A stretch of DNA of 64,000 nt from Cenarchaeum sp. (GTDB lineage: Archaea; Thermoproteota; Nitrososphaeria; Nitrososphaerales; Nitrosopumilaceae): assembly GCA_963692915.1 (NCBI GenBank), contig OY843584.1, positions 1,376,001 through 1,440,000 on the forward strand, read 5' to 3'. Positions 47,350 through 59,614 of the stretch are shown here, one piece after another (positions within the stretch are counted from its first letter, which is position 1; each line of letters starts with the position of its first letter). A program made the position numbers and the translations under genes. The notes under the pieces were generated by a model that was given only the letters and a program-made list of their open reading frames with translations, was not told the origin of the DNA and did no database searches.

Positions 47350-48780
47350 CTACTCTAGCCCAAAGGCGCGCTGCTCGGCCTTTAGCGTTCTTAGGTTTAC
47401 GACTATGGCGCGGCCCACGGTGGGGCGAATGCCCTGGCTGGCCTGAAAGGACGTCTGTTTTTGCCACGTGCCCGAGTTGACCATAAGCACGCCCCTGTAC
47501 TGTTCGGCGCCGACGACGTGGACGTGGCCAGAGTGAAAGATGTCAGGCGCCTCCTCTATGACCATCATGTCTTCGGTCTCTGGCGCCACGGGCGTGCTCC
47601 CCCCATATATCGGGCAGAGGTGCCTTGCGCGCAGGAGGTACTTCATGGCGCCTGCGGGTCGGTCATAGCTGAGGCCCTGCGCGGACTTTACAATGTCATC
47701 GATGCTCTGCCCGTGATACATAAGGACGCGCACGCCGTTGAGGCTGACAGTGGCCGGATTGCCGACCATCCTGACGTTTGGGCGTCCCCACAAGCCAGGC
47801 GCGCACCCGCGGGGGATCGCCGGCTGGGGGAGCGCGCGCCTCCCCGGATCGTGGTTGCCCGGCGATATCACCACGTGCATGCGCTCGGGGATCTGCCCGA
47901 CGAGCTCGTCGAGGCGCGCGAGCTGCTCCTCGGCAGTCTGCAGCACGAGATCCCTGTCCTGACCGCGGTATATCCCAACACCATCAACGACATCGCCGCA
48001 CATGAGGACGTGCCCAACACGGCGCGCAGTCGGCTCATCACTAGACAGCCACGAGACGAGCCCATCAAAGGCGGCCTCGTCAAAGTTGCGGCTTCCGACG
48101 TGGAGGTCAGAGAGGAGAACCGCATAGACCTCTGATGCTGACACCCTCGGGCTGTGCCCCGAGACGTCGGGAATCGATATCTCGCGCGCAATCGGCCCGC
48201 CGTCCCTGCCGGCGACCACGCGAACCATGACAAACTGATCCGTGACGAGGGAGCCCGTCGTGGCCCGCGCCTCCTCGTCATACACTGCGAGCTCGAGGCT
48301 TCCGGTGGGGTCCTCGATGACTAGCCTGTCAGATTTGCCCGAGCCGGTTTTGCGCTCACTGACGAGGCCGCACGTGTGCGCACCGTCATCGATGCGACCC
48401 TCCTTTATGGCCGATATGCGCCTGAGCGACTTGCCCTCAGACCGGCGCGAGACGAGGGCCCGCATCTTTTCATACCTGCTCACAAAGAGCGCGCCGAACC
48501 CCCCGACACCCTCGCCTGAGGCGGTTCTTCCCGTGGGATCGCTTATCGTCTCGCAGATGGCCTCAAAGGGCTCGTCGATTGGCGCAACGCCGAGTGCGCC
48601 GGCCATGTCTACGCCGCTGATGGTTCGGTCGCCGCGCCTCTCCTTTCTCCGGACGACCTCGCGGATCGCGCGCTGGATCATTCCTGCGTCAGCTGACTCT
48701 AGGACGCGGATCGCATCAGGGTGAACCTGAAAGCCCCGCCTTAGGGCAAATTGGAGAACTGCTGCAATGTCGCCGCCCAC
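47350..48780 (-). CDS. polB: DNA polymerase D small subunit DP1
   Basis: SDLHVGS, GDVVDG, PGNHD, YHG, RHLCP, GHVH, NSGTWQ. Confidence 0.93.
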   Translation of the reverse strand: MGGDIAAVLQFALRRGFQVHPDAIRVLESADAGMIQRAIREVVRRKERRGDRTISGVDMAGALGVAPIDEPFEAICETISDPTGRTASGEGVGGFGALFVSRYEKMRALVSRRSEGKSLRRISAIKEGRIDDGAHTCGLVSERKTGSGKSDRLVIEDPTGSLELAVYDEEARATTGSLVTDQFVMVRVVAGRDGGPIAREISIPDVSGHSPRVSASEVYAVLLSDLHVGSRNFDEAAFDGLVSWLSSDEPTARRVGHVLMCGDVVDGVGIYRGQDRDLVLQTAEEQLARLDELVGQIPERMHVVISPGNHDPGRRALPQPAIPRGCAPGLWGRPNVRMVGNPATVSLNGVRVLMYHGQSIDDIVKSAQGLSYDRPAGAMKYLLRARHLCPIYGGSTPVAPETEDMMVIEEAPDIFHSGHVHVVGAEQYRGVLMVNSGTWQKQTSFQASQGIRPTVGRAIVVNLRTLKAEQRAFGLE

Positions 48781-48874
48781 GAGCGGCTCGCCGGCGGGGT
48801 TTCTAATTAATCTGACCGCCGGGCCTGCGTGCATGCCGACTGCTTTATACCACGCCCGCGGCGACGGGCGGGGC

Positions 48875-49399
48875 ATGATACGGCTGTGGGCGTTCCTGGC
48901 AGCAACGGGGGCGTTCCTCGGCATGTACCTTGTGGGCTCCCTCGTCGAGCCCGCCGAGGCCGAAGCCGAGAGGTTCATGGAGGAGTTTGAGAGCCTCGTG
49001 GACGGAATCGACGCGCTTGGCATATTTGTGCACAATTCGATGCTCGCCGCGCCAATGTTCCTGCCCGGCCTGGGCCCGGCAGTCGGCCTCTATTCTGCGT
49101 GGTCCACGGGATACGCGTTTGCGGCGATCTCGATGAGCGTGCCGGCGGTGCAGGGCATTCCGGCCATAGCGATCCTTCTCACCCCCGTCGGCCTCATGGA
49201 GCTCGCCGCGTACTCGCTGGGCATGTCACGCGGCGCGCTCTTTGGCCTGGCCCTCCTGCGCTCAAGGCCCGCCCGCCCGCACCTCCGCATGGTGGCCATC
49301 GAGGGCGCCGTCGCCGCAGCGCTCCTGGCCGTCGCCGCAGTGGTGGAGCACGCCGCCATAACGGCCACGGGACTCGCCCCGTCGGCCGCATCAGTCTAG
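48875..49399 (+). CDS. SpoIIM-family membrane protein
   Basis: IFVHN, P.GLMEL.AY and AAVVE motifs; hydrophobic. Confidence 0.7.
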   Translation: MIRLWAFLAATGAFLGMYLVGSLVEPAEAEAERFMEEFESLVDGIDALGIFVHNSMLAAPMFLPGLGPAVGLYSAWSTGYAFAAISMSVPAVQGIPAIAILLTPVGLMELAAYSLGMSRGALFGLALLRSRPARPHLRMVAIEGAVAAALLAVAAVVEHAAITATGLAPSAASV

Positions 49400-49484
49400 G
49401 CCGCGCGTGGGCGTGCGTACTTTAACGCATTCACTCTAAAATAATTTGGAACCGTATTATAGTCAGCCCCCGCGAGCGTGAGCC

Positions 49485-50381
49485 ATGAACGCCACGTATG
49501 CGCTCCTAGGCGCCGCCGTCGCCCTCGCGCTGGCCTCGTGCTCTGGCGCCTCGGCTGCCCCGTCCGGCCCGATCTCCCTTGACGCCTCGGGGTATGCGGC
49601 CATAGACGGTGCCATTAGGGCAGTCTCGATGGACCTGGCGCTCTCGGCGCGTGATGACGGAACACTCTCGTCGGTGCGCGGGACGATCATGGTGGGCGAT
49701 GACGTGCTGAGCAGGCTGGATATCGACGGCTCATTCCTGCGCGAGGCTAGGTTCCTGCGCGTGTCAGGAACGGCCGAGGGGCAGGGAGACGCCGTTATGC
49801 TAAAGATGCTAGGCAGGCTCGCCGAAGAGCGGGGCAGGGACTCGGCATACCTCTTTACGGGAACGCTAGAGCGCAACGGCGCGGTGGGCAAGGCCGTCCT
49901 TGCCGCATCGCTCTCACAGCTTGCCGAGGCGGCCACGGGAATGACCGCGACGGCTGCGTCGGTGACCATACTGCCCAGTGCGCGCGTGCCCGGCGCGCCG
50001 CCGGGGAGCCTTGACGTCTCTACGGTACAGGCCACGCCGGGTCAGGTGCTGACCATATCCAACACGAGTGCCACAAAGCACCGGCTTGTGAGCGGCACGA
50101 TAAACGACTGGTTTTACGAGCGCGACGGCGATCCGCGCACATGCGCGCCAGACGGGACGCCAGACGTGGAAGTCGAGCGCGAGAACCGCAACCACACGTC
50201 TGCGGACGTTGTTACGAGCGACAGGTGCGACTTTACGCGCGACGGGCGCGTGGACGTGGAGATCGAGCCAGGCGAGTCGGCCAGCATACAGGTACAAGAC
50301 ACGGGAATATACCGCATGCTCGATCTGGACTCGCCGTGGATTCAGCTGACCGCCGTCTCAGTCGCCTTGCCACCGCGCTGA
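49485..50381 (+). CDS. Secreted hypothetical protein with a cupredoxin-like C-terminus
   Basis: Signal peptide; GQVLTISN...HRLVSG...IEPGES...GIY...PW; Cu ligands incomplete. Confidence 0.6.
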   Translation: MNATYALLGAAVALALASCSGASAAPSGPISLDASGYAAIDGAIRAVSMDLALSARDDGTLSSVRGTIMVGDDVLSRLDIDGSFLREARFLRVSGTAEGQGDAVMLKMLGRLAEERGRDSAYLFTGTLERNGAVGKAVLAASLSQLAEAATGMTATAASVTILPSARVPGAPPGSLDVSTVQATPGQVLTISNTSATKHRLVSGTINDWFYERDGDPRTCAPDGTPDVEVERENRNHTSADVVTSDRCDFTRDGRVDVEIEPGESASIQVQDTGIYRMLDLDSPWIQLTAVSVALPPR

Positions 50382-51580
50382 TCGTCCCACTGCCAGCGGT
50401 AGTTCATGTAAGAGTCGTCCTCATGGTCGCCGAACACCATGACTAGGTGCCCGGAGAACTCCTTGCCGAGGAGATCCTCGACATTGCCGTCAAAGGAGCG
50501 CTCGCTGGACAGCGTGAGGTTCTCGTACACGCGCACGCGTATGGACGCCGTGGGCAGGCCGCCCTCGCGCAGGTAGCGCGCCGCGTCAGCAGGCATGAAC
50601 TCGAGGTCGGGCCGCCTGGGCCACGGGCGCGGAACGAGCACGACGCACTCGCCGTCGATGAGGGCCTTTTTGAGCTCGACCTTTTTGCGCTCTATGGAGG
50701 ACGTCACGTGCATCGAGATGATGCGGCAGCGATCGAGGGGAACGCGCGCGCGCGCGGCGGCGACCTGGATTGCGCTGATGCCCGGCACGACGGTGACCCC
50801 GCCAAAGACCTCGGCGAGCCGGTCGACGACTTCAGACTCTGAAAAGCTTGCATCGCCGGTGAAAAGGACACCGACGCTCCTCGCCGTACCGCCGGCGACC
50901 TCGCCGTACACGTCCTCCTGGTTCCCCATGGTCACCTCGCGCACGTCCTTTTTGCCAAGGAGCGACTCTGCTGTGCGCAACGCGCCTGAATACCCCACAA
51001 TGACATCGCACGCGGCGATCGCCTCGGCGGCCGCCCGCGTCATCATCTCGGGCGCACCCGGCCCGACGCCTATTGCATATGCGGCAATGCGCGCAGGCTC
51101 GCCGGAGCGTTCCCTGACAAAGGCGACGAGGGGTTCCCAGTCAACCCGCATGTACTTTGAGGGGTCCTTTGCGGGATACTTTACCCAGTCAAGAACGACG
51201 GAGAACCGGCGCTTCTCGGTCTTGCCGCCGCGCCTGTAGGCGAGGCGCAGCACGCTGCCCCAGGCCTTCTCCTCCCAGTCCGCACTGAGCACGTCGCGAA
51301 GCGGAATCTCGTCGTTCTTTTCGTTCTCTAGGTCACGCGCGAGCTCGGCCTCGTCGTACCCGTCATGCCTGATCATCACGTCAGGCGACTTTAGCAGCGA
51401 GACGGCCTGCCTCTGCACGACGGCCTGCCACCACCTCATCTTTGCCTCCGTCTTGTGGACAAACATGATGTGCTTGTCAGTCAGGATCAGCATGCCCTCA
51501 CGGCCGCCAACGGCTATCCGCCTGTCGGCCTCGCGCCAGATCGAGACAACGTGCGCGCGTATCTGCTCACCCTCCTCCAT
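50342..51580 (-). CDS. cbiE: PH-like domain fused to cobalt-precorrin-7 C5-methyltransferase
   Basis: C-terminal half IGVGPG, TGDASFS, VPGIS.IQ, ENLT...E; N-terminal GMLILTDKHIMF. Confidence 0.75.
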   Translation of the reverse strand: MEEGEQIRAHVVSIWREADRRIAVGGREGMLILTDKHIMFVHKTEAKMRWWQAVVQRQAVSLLKSPDVMIRHDGYDEAELARDLENEKNDEIPLRDVLSADWEEKAWGSVLRLAYRRGGKTEKRRFSVVLDWVKYPAKDPSKYMRVDWEPLVAFVRERSGEPARIAAYAIGVGPGAPEMMTRAAAEAIAACDVIVGYSGALRTAESLLGKKDVREVTMGNQEDVYGEVAGGTARSVGVLFTGDASFSESEVVDRLAEVFGGVTVVPGISAIQVAAARARVPLDRCRIISMHVTSSIERKKVELKKALIDGECVVLVPRPWPRRPDLEFMPADAARYLREGGLPTASIRVRVYENLTLSSERSFDGNVEDLLGKEFSGHLVMVFGDHEDDSYMNYRWQWDDQRGGKATETAVS

Positions 51581-51707
51581 GTGGGCTCGCCGGCTGACCC
51601 GTGGCGTTAAAAACCATATAGCAGGTTCTGCGCCCCGGCAGCACCGCCGCACAACGGGGCCCGATCCGTGCGATTGGCTTTTATTCAAGCGCAACGGGGC
51701 GGCACGC

Positions 51708-53543
51708 GTGCGTGCCACGGCCGTGATCCTGATCGCAGCGCTCATTGTGGGTGCTGGCGCCCCGGCAGCCTATGCGCAGGGCGACGGGATGGCCATCGAC
51801 GTCGAGCCGGCGATGGGCGGCGAGATGGCCGTGGAGGTTGAGCCGGCGATGGGCGGCGAGATGGCCGTGGAGGTTGAGCCGGCGATGGGCGGCGAGATGG
51901 CCGTGGAGGTTGAGCCGGCGATGGGCGGCGAGATGGCCGTGGAGGTTGAGCCGGCGATGGGCGGCGAGATGGCCGTGGAGGTTGAGCCGGCGATGGGCGG
52001 CGAGATGGCAATGGACGACGAGAACCTTGTGGTCATCGAGACTGTGGCCGGCACGTTCACGATCGAGCTATTTGACGAGGACGCGCCAAACCACGCCGCA
52101 AACTTTAGGGCACTTGCGGACTCGGGCTATTACAACGGAACGCTCTTTCACAGGATCATTCCAGGATTTATGATCCAGGGCGGAGACGACAACACGATAG
52201 ACGGTGACTCGTCGACGTGGGGCCAGGGCGGGGCGGCCTTTGGGCCCGAAGAGTCGGTGGCAGCCGAGTTTAACGACATTCGACACATGCGCGGAATCGT
52301 CTCCATGGCGCGCTCTGCGAGCCCTGATAGCGCCGGCTCGCAGTTCTTTATAGTGCATGACCAGGCGACGTTCCTTGATGGCCAGTACACCGCATTTGGG
52401 AGGGTTGTGACCGCAGACAGCCTAGACGCGCTAGACGCGATCGCCGCCCTAGAGACGGCCTCGTCTGACCAGCCGGTAAACCCCGAGGACGCAAGGGTGC
52501 TCGGCGCGTACACGATCATGCGCTCAGAGGCCGACGAGCTGCTCGAGCTGGGGGCGCCGGAGCGACTAGCCGAGGACGCGGAAAGCGAGGACATGACAGC
52601 CGAGGAGCCCTCGCTTATAGATCCCATAACGCTTGAGGACGGCGTATACACCAACAAAAAGCTCGGCGTGTCCTTTGAGCCGCCAGAGGGCTGGAACGTC
52701 ACAGAGCTCCCGACTCCAAAGCAGAGCCCCAATGTCCCGGACATTGTGGTGGTCGGGCCCGCAGACGACAACCTGCCGCCCGTCATATCAGTGGACATAC
52801 AGTATATGGGAGACAGGACGCTTGATGCGTACATTGAGACGCGCAACGAGTCGCGCGCCGCGGCGATCGAGTCCGGCGAACTCGTCCTTGATGACCCCGA
52901 GGAGATCGAGCTTAACGGGCGCATGGCGATGAGCCAGGACGCGACGGGGACGTTTGTCACCAACGACGGCGAGGAGCAAGTCGCCTTTAGGGAGGTCATA
53001 TTTGAGTCAGGCGACAAGTTCTATGGGCTCACCTACATGAGCACGAGCGCGGGCTATGATGCCGGCCTTGGCCTGTTCGAGGAGACGCTTGAAACGTTCA
53101 TGACGTCCTCTGAGATGCCTACTGATGCCGAGGCCGAGGCTGATGCCGACGCCGAGGAGATGACATCAGAGCCAGAGGGCGGCGGGTGCCTCATTGCGAC
53201 TGCCGCATACGGCACGGAGATGGCCCACGAGGTCCAGATCCTGCGCGAGACGCGCGACTCTGTCCTCGGTACTGCGACAGGCTCGGCGTTCATGTCGGCC
53301 TTTAACGGCGTATACTATGCGTTCTCGCCGACGGTGGCTGACTGGGAGCACGAGAGCCCCGAGTTTCGCGCCTTCGTGAGGGTCCTCATCACGCCGATGG
53401 TCGCCTCGCTGTCGATAATGTCAGCCGCCGGCGATGACGCCTCGGACATCGGCGTCGCCTCGCTAGGAGCCCTCGTTATCGCGCTCAACGTCGGCATGTA
53501 CGTCGCCGCACCGGCGGCCATAGCCTGGCGCCTCAGACGCTAG
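51708..53543 (+). CDS. Secreted cyclophilin-type PPIase with PsbP-like domain and CFI-box-CTERM anchor
   Basis: FHRIIPGFMIQGGD, SMAR, SAGSQFFI, LDGQYTAFG; GGGCLIATAAYG. Confidence 0.9.
   Translation: MRATAVILIAALIVGAGAPAAYAQGDGMAIDVEPAMGGEMAVEVEPAMGGEMAVEVEPAMGGEMAVEVEPAMGGEMAVEVEPAMGGEMAVEVEPAMGGEMAMDDENLVVIETVAGTFTIELFDEDAPNHAANFRALADSGYYNGTLFHRIIPGFMIQGGDDNTIDGDSSTWGQGGAAFGPEESVAAEFNDIRHMRGIVSMARSASPDSAGSQFFIVHDQATFLDGQYTAFGRVVTADSLDALDAIAALETASSDQPVNPEDARVLGAYTIMRSEADELLELGAPERLAEDAESEDMTAEEPSLIDPITLEDGVYTNKKLGVSFEPPEGWNVTELPTPKQSPNVPDIVVVGPADDNLPPVISVDIQYMGDRTLDAYIETRNESRAAAIESGELVLDDPEEIELNGRMAMSQDATGTFVTNDGEEQVAFREVIFESGDKFYGLTYMSTSAGYDAGLGLFEETLETFMTSSEMPTDAEAEADADAEEMTSEPEGGGCLIATAAYGTEMAHEVQILRETRDSVLGTATGSAFMSAFNGVYYAFSPTVADWEHESPEFRAFVRVLITPMVASLSIMSAAGDDASDIGVASLGALVIALNVGMYVAAPAAIAWRLRR
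51801..52010 (+). repeat. 36-bp tandem repeat, about 6 copies (VEPAMGGEMAVE)
   Basis: Unit GAGCCGGCGATGGGCGGCGAGATGGCCGTGGAGGTT repeated. Confidence 0.95.
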
Positions 53544-53554
53544 GACGAGCGCCC

Positions 53555-54088
53555 ATGCGCTCGCCGCACATCATCGCGCCGGCCATCGCCTTTGCGGTTC
53601 TCATCGTGACTGTGAGCTGGGGCTGGCTTGCCGAGGACGTGCGCCCCCCGTGCGCCGGAAGCGACGAGGCGTCGATGTGTTGGCAGGGCCGCATTACGCG
53701 CATAGTGGACGGTGACACGCTAGACGTTGACGGCGCACGCATAAGGCTCGTGCTAGTCGACGCGCCGGAGCTTGGCGAGGCGGGTTACGACGAGGCGACT
53801 GCAAGACTCGCCGAGCTGTGCCCAGTCGGCGCGCGCGCCGCAGTCGACGTCGATGATGCGCAGCCAGATGGCAGCCATGGACGCGCCATTGCGACAGTCG
53901 CCTGCGAGGCCAACGGCGCCGCCGTCATCGCCAACGCTGAAATGATAGACGGGGGGCACGCCGGCATTTATGCACGATTTTGCGACATCTCCGAGTTTGC
54001 CACCGGCACAGAGGCGGGGTCAGGCTGGGCGCACGAGGCGTGCTCGCCACTTCCCCCGACCCTACAGCCTCTCTTGCCCCTGTCCTGA
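53555..54088 (+). CDS. Thermonuclease (SNase-like)
   Basis: IVDGDTL, IRLVLVDAPE, HGRAIA, NAEMI..G.A. Confidence 0.85.
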   Translation: MRSPHIIAPAIAFAVLIVTVSWGWLAEDVRPPCAGSDEASMCWQGRITRIVDGDTLDVDGARIRLVLVDAPELGEAGYDEATARLAELCPVGARAAVDVDDAQPDGSHGRAIATVACEANGAAVIANAEMIDGGHAGIYARFCDISEFATGTEAGSGWAHEACSPLPPTLQPLLPLS

Positions 54089-54727
54089 TGAGCGCATGAT
54101 ATCATATGCACGCGCCGCATCGCGCTCGTTGAGTATCACCATGACAGCATCATGGCCAAAGAACGCGTTGACGAGCTCAATGCCCTCGTTATGGAGAATC
54201 TCTGTAACATAGGAGACTATATCCGAGTGCGTGTGCTCCCTTGGCACGGTGATCGTTATCTTTGCGAGCTGGCGGCTCAGGCGCCCCCCGTCGCCGCCTC
54301 CGCCCAAAAGGTCACGCGCCGCCTCCGCATCCTCCGTTATCACGCTAAACGTGTCGGCGAGCCTAAAGTACTCATAGTCGTCGGTGATCTCGGCTAGCTT
54401 GCTGAGAACCGAAAACGGATCCCTGTGAAAGTCGCGCATCGAAAAGCTCACTCCTAGCATGCCGTCAGTCAGCGAGAGGCGCGCCCCTCTGAGGGCGTCG
54501 TTCTCCTCCTCCCCCTCACTCTCAAACGAGTCGGCATAGCGCTTTATGGCCACGACGACCGTGTTGATGTTGGCCGGCGTGCCGGTGAGCCTCTCGACGC
54601 CCGGCCGTATGCGGGCGGCCAGGGCAGTATAGTTGGCGATTCCCAGCTTGACACAGTCATACAGCGAGCGATTGTGCGTGATTACCTCCCTGACAGCGTC
54701 ATGTACCGAGACTCCGGGCGCCTTCAT
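54062..54727 (-). CDS. ACT-domain protein
   Basis: GIANYTALA N-terminus; C-terminal ACT-like region. Confidence 0.7.
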   Translation of the reverse strand: MKAPGVSVHDAVREVITHNRSLYDCVKLGIANYTALAARIRPGVERLTGTPANINTVVVAIKRYADSFESEGEEENDALRGARLSLTDGMLGVSFSMRDFHRDPFSVLSKLAEITDDYEYFRLADTFSVITEDAEAARDLLGGGGDGGRLSRQLAKITITVPREHTHSDIVSYVTEILHNEGIELVNAFFGHDAVMVILNERDAARAYDIMRSSGQGQERL

Positions 54728-54824
54728 GGAGGCAATAATGACCTATCTCCTTTATTAGTCTATCACAACAAGGCCATGCAAACGGCGATTATTTTATATT
54801 ATGTCATACATATGACATCAAGTA

Positions 54825-55298
54825 ATGAAAAGCGAGATGGAGCGCCTCTTTGAGAGCCTCTTCGGGCCCACTATGGGCACGGGGTTCCAGGGAGGCCACG
54901 AGGCCTGCTCGCCCGGCTCGGTCTGCTATGGGTACACCATGGCAGTCGGTCCGGATGGCAGGCCGGTCATCAAGGAGTTCGGCAGCGAAGGCGCGACCCC
55001 CGAGAACGGTGCACGTGAGCCCCTAGTGGACACGATCACCAACGAAAAGGAGGGAACCGCCAAGCTCGTAGCCGAGATGCCTGGGGTGGAGCGCAGCGAC
55101 ATTGGCGTGTCTGTGGATGACAGGCGCGTCAGTATCGAGGCAGAGCACGGCGACAAAAGGTACAGCGTCGCCGTCCCCCTCAAGCGCAAGGTCGTAAAGG
55201 ACTCCGCGAAGGCAACATACAAGAACGGCATACTGGAAGTAACCTTCCGGCTAGCAGAGGGTGAGAAGCCCCGCGGCCGAAAGGTGGAGGTCCAGTAG
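54825..55298 (+). CDS. Small heat-shock protein Hsp20
   Basis: EPLVD, AEMPGV, ATYKNGILEV. Confidence 0.92.
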   Translation: MKSEMERLFESLFGPTMGTGFQGGHEACSPGSVCYGYTMAVGPDGRPVIKEFGSEGATPENGAREPLVDTITNEKEGTAKLVAEMPGVERSDIGVSVDDRRVSIEAEHGDKRYSVAVPLKRKVVKDSAKATYKNGILEVTFRLAEGEKPRGRKVEVQ

Positions 55299-55323
55299 CC
55301 CTTCTTTTTTTTATGGTGAGTGA

Positions 55324-57480
<2,157 letters not shown>

Positions 57481-57507
57481 ATCACGCGCGCCGCGCCGCG
57501 CCGACCG

Positions 57508-58614
57508 GTGGCTCGGAGCAACTATGACATACTCGGCCTCGAGGAGGGCGCTGACGAGAGGGAGGTTCAGCGCGCATTTCGCCGCCTCGCGCTGCGCTAC
57601 CACTCTGATCGCGGGGGCGATGAGGAGCGCTTTAAGGAGATAAAGCGCGCGTATGACGACCTTCGCGCAGGCCACGCGCGCCAGACGATCCCACCGGGGG
57701 CGGGCGTGGATGACAGCATCGAGTCGGCCAGGCGAAACACGGCCCTTGCGCGCGAGGTCACAAGAGAGATGCGCGAGGCCGAATCGTGGGCAGCAACGCT
57801 TGTCGCCTCGGCTGCCACGGGCACGCGCCTCTTTGGCTCAAAGTCCCTCGGCGAGGTCGAGCTTGAGCGCAGGGCAAACGGCGTCCTCTCGATAAAGGGC
57901 AACGTCATGGCCGGAACGATGCGCTACGCCGGCCCGATAACGGTGAGCGGGGCGATCACGAGCCCAACGCACGGTGCCGAGCCCACTGCGATAACTGCGA
58001 CTGTGGGGAACTTTATGATCCCCGGTGCTGTCGCCAACCGCTACAGGATTGAGAACGGCGCCATGATCACCGCCGAGAACGGCAACATTGCGGCAGGCAA
58101 CGTCTTTGGAAAAAAACGGCGCATCGGAGACGCCGAGGGCAGAGTCGGCGTCTATAGCGTGACAGAGTACAGGACAAGGCTCTTGGCCCCCAACGGGACG
58201 ATAACGGCCAACAATGCGTCAGGAACCGTCGAGCTTCGCGCACTGCGCGTGGAGGCCAACAACCTCCAGGACGACGTGATCGTCTCGGCGCGCGACATTG
58301 TCGTCCGGGGCAACTCGGTCACGCATGACGTCACGTTTCACGTTGGCGAGGGCGGCACGCTGCGATTTATGGAGGCCGGCTCGATACTTGGCCTGAGTGA
58401 TGACGCGACTGTCTCACTGGGTGATGGCCGCTCGCTGAGCCTGCGCGAGCTAAAGGTCAAAAAGATACGCGATATCGACGGCGCGAGACGGGATGCGGGG
58501 GAGGCGACACTGGTCGGCGCGGGTCACGTCATCACGCGCGCGACGCTCGAGGCCCTCGTCGGCGGCGAGTCGCTCGGATCACGCCTGCGGGGCCTGACGC
58601 GCAGGCGCCGCTAG
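57508..58614 (+). CDS. DnaJ-domain protein
   Basis: YDILGL...AFRRLALRYHSD...F.EI..AY (HSD in place of HPD); beta-rich C-terminus. Confidence 0.8.
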   Translation: MARSNYDILGLEEGADEREVQRAFRRLALRYHSDRGGDEERFKEIKRAYDDLRAGHARQTIPPGAGVDDSIESARRNTALAREVTREMREAESWAATLVASAATGTRLFGSKSLGEVELERRANGVLSIKGNVMAGTMRYAGPITVSGAITSPTHGAEPTAITATVGNFMIPGAVANRYRIENGAMITAENGNIAAGNVFGKKRRIGDAEGRVGVYSVTEYRTRLLAPNGTITANNASGTVELRALRVEANNLQDDVIVSARDIVVRGNSVTHDVTFHVGEGGTLRFMEAGSILGLSDDATVSLGDGRSLSLRELKVKKIRDIDGARRDAGEATLVGAGHVITRATLEALVGGESLGSRLRGLTRRRR

Positions 58615-58643
58615 ACGCAGATAAATGAAAAAAGCCTTTCGGC

Positions 58644-58943
58644 TTATTGTATGAGCTCGTCCCAGCCTTTCACAAAGACGGAGTTCTTGTAGAGAGGCAC
58701 TGGCTGGCCGACGGTGAAGTCCATCGGACGCATCCAGAAGATGGCCTTCGTCGGGCACACGCCTATGCATGCGCCATCCGAAATGCATCTCTCAGGATAG
58801 AAGACGAACGCTTTGCCCCTCTTCCACCCCTCTACTGGTTTTACACGCAGGACATCAGGTCCGAGCGTTGTGCATATTTCCACGCATAGAGCGCATCCAA
58901 TACACATCTGCTCGCTGATATCCGGCAGGATTGCCACTGGCAT
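58644..58943 (-). CDS. 4Fe-4S ferredoxin
   Basis: CIGCALCVEIC and CISDGACIGVCP. Confidence 0.9.
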   Translation of the reverse strand: MPVAILPDISEQMCIGCALCVEICTTLGPDVLRVKPVEGWKRGKAFVFYPERCISDGACIGVCPTKAIFWMRPMDFTVGQPVPLYKNSVFVKGWDELIQ

Positions 58944-59015
58944 TACGATGCCAGCGCGCGGCGTAGTTAATATAACTTGCCCATATTCCCCAAATTATAA
59001 CGACGTTAGCGCGGC

Positions 59016-59585
59016 TCATAACACCGTTTGAGGCCTGCCTGCCATCCCGCCCTCGAGGACCTCAGGATGCGCCTCGCCGTCGGCCCCCGCATGAACCCAG
59101 ACCCACGTCGCATCGGCCCCCAGGGCCGTGACGCGCCTGCCCATGGGCACGAGTGCCCAGCCCGCCGAGTCTGGCCTGGCCATGCACGCCACGACGAGCG
59201 ACGCGCCAGACCGCCTAGCCATCGAAGCGAGCATCATGAGCGACGAGTTGACGGCCATCGTCTCGTGCGCGGCGCACGCGCGGTGCATGCCGTTTAGCGA
59301 GTCGATTACGACGAGGCACGAGCCGCGCGAGGCACGCGAGATTGCAGTGGCCATCGTCTCCCTGACGCGGCCTGCGGGGCAGACTGCCTCAACGCGCCGT
59401 GCACGCCCGAGTATGCCGGAGGCGACGTGGCCAGAGTACATTAGGTCAAAGTCAACATACAGGACATCGCGCCCCGCCTCGCCCACCGTTGCGCCGAGGA
59501 TCGCCGCCTTTGCGAGGGGCTCGTCATACATGAGAACGGCGACCTCGCCGGCCCGAACGGCGATGCCTCCACGGTTTTTATCCAT
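59016..59585 (-). CDS. Degenerate RecA/RadB-like hypothetical protein
   Basis: VLYVDFD and LVVIDSLN; no Walker A motif. Confidence 0.55.
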   Translation of the reverse strand: MDKNRGGIAVRAGEVAVLMYDEPLAKAAILGATVGEAGRDVLYVDFDLMYSGHVASGILGRARRVEAVCPAGRVRETMATAISRASRGSCLVVIDSLNGMHRACAAHETMAVNSSLMMLASMARRSGASLVVACMARPDSAGWALVPMGRRVTALGADATWVWVHAGADGEAHPEVLEGGMAGRPQTVL

Positions 59586-59614
59586 GCGCCACGCGCGCGC
59601 GGGCCGGCATAATA

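Noticed and set aside
51801-52010. 36-bp repeats as a CRISPR array
   Set aside because: The units are contiguous with no spacers and are in frame within a CDS; no cas genes are in the window.
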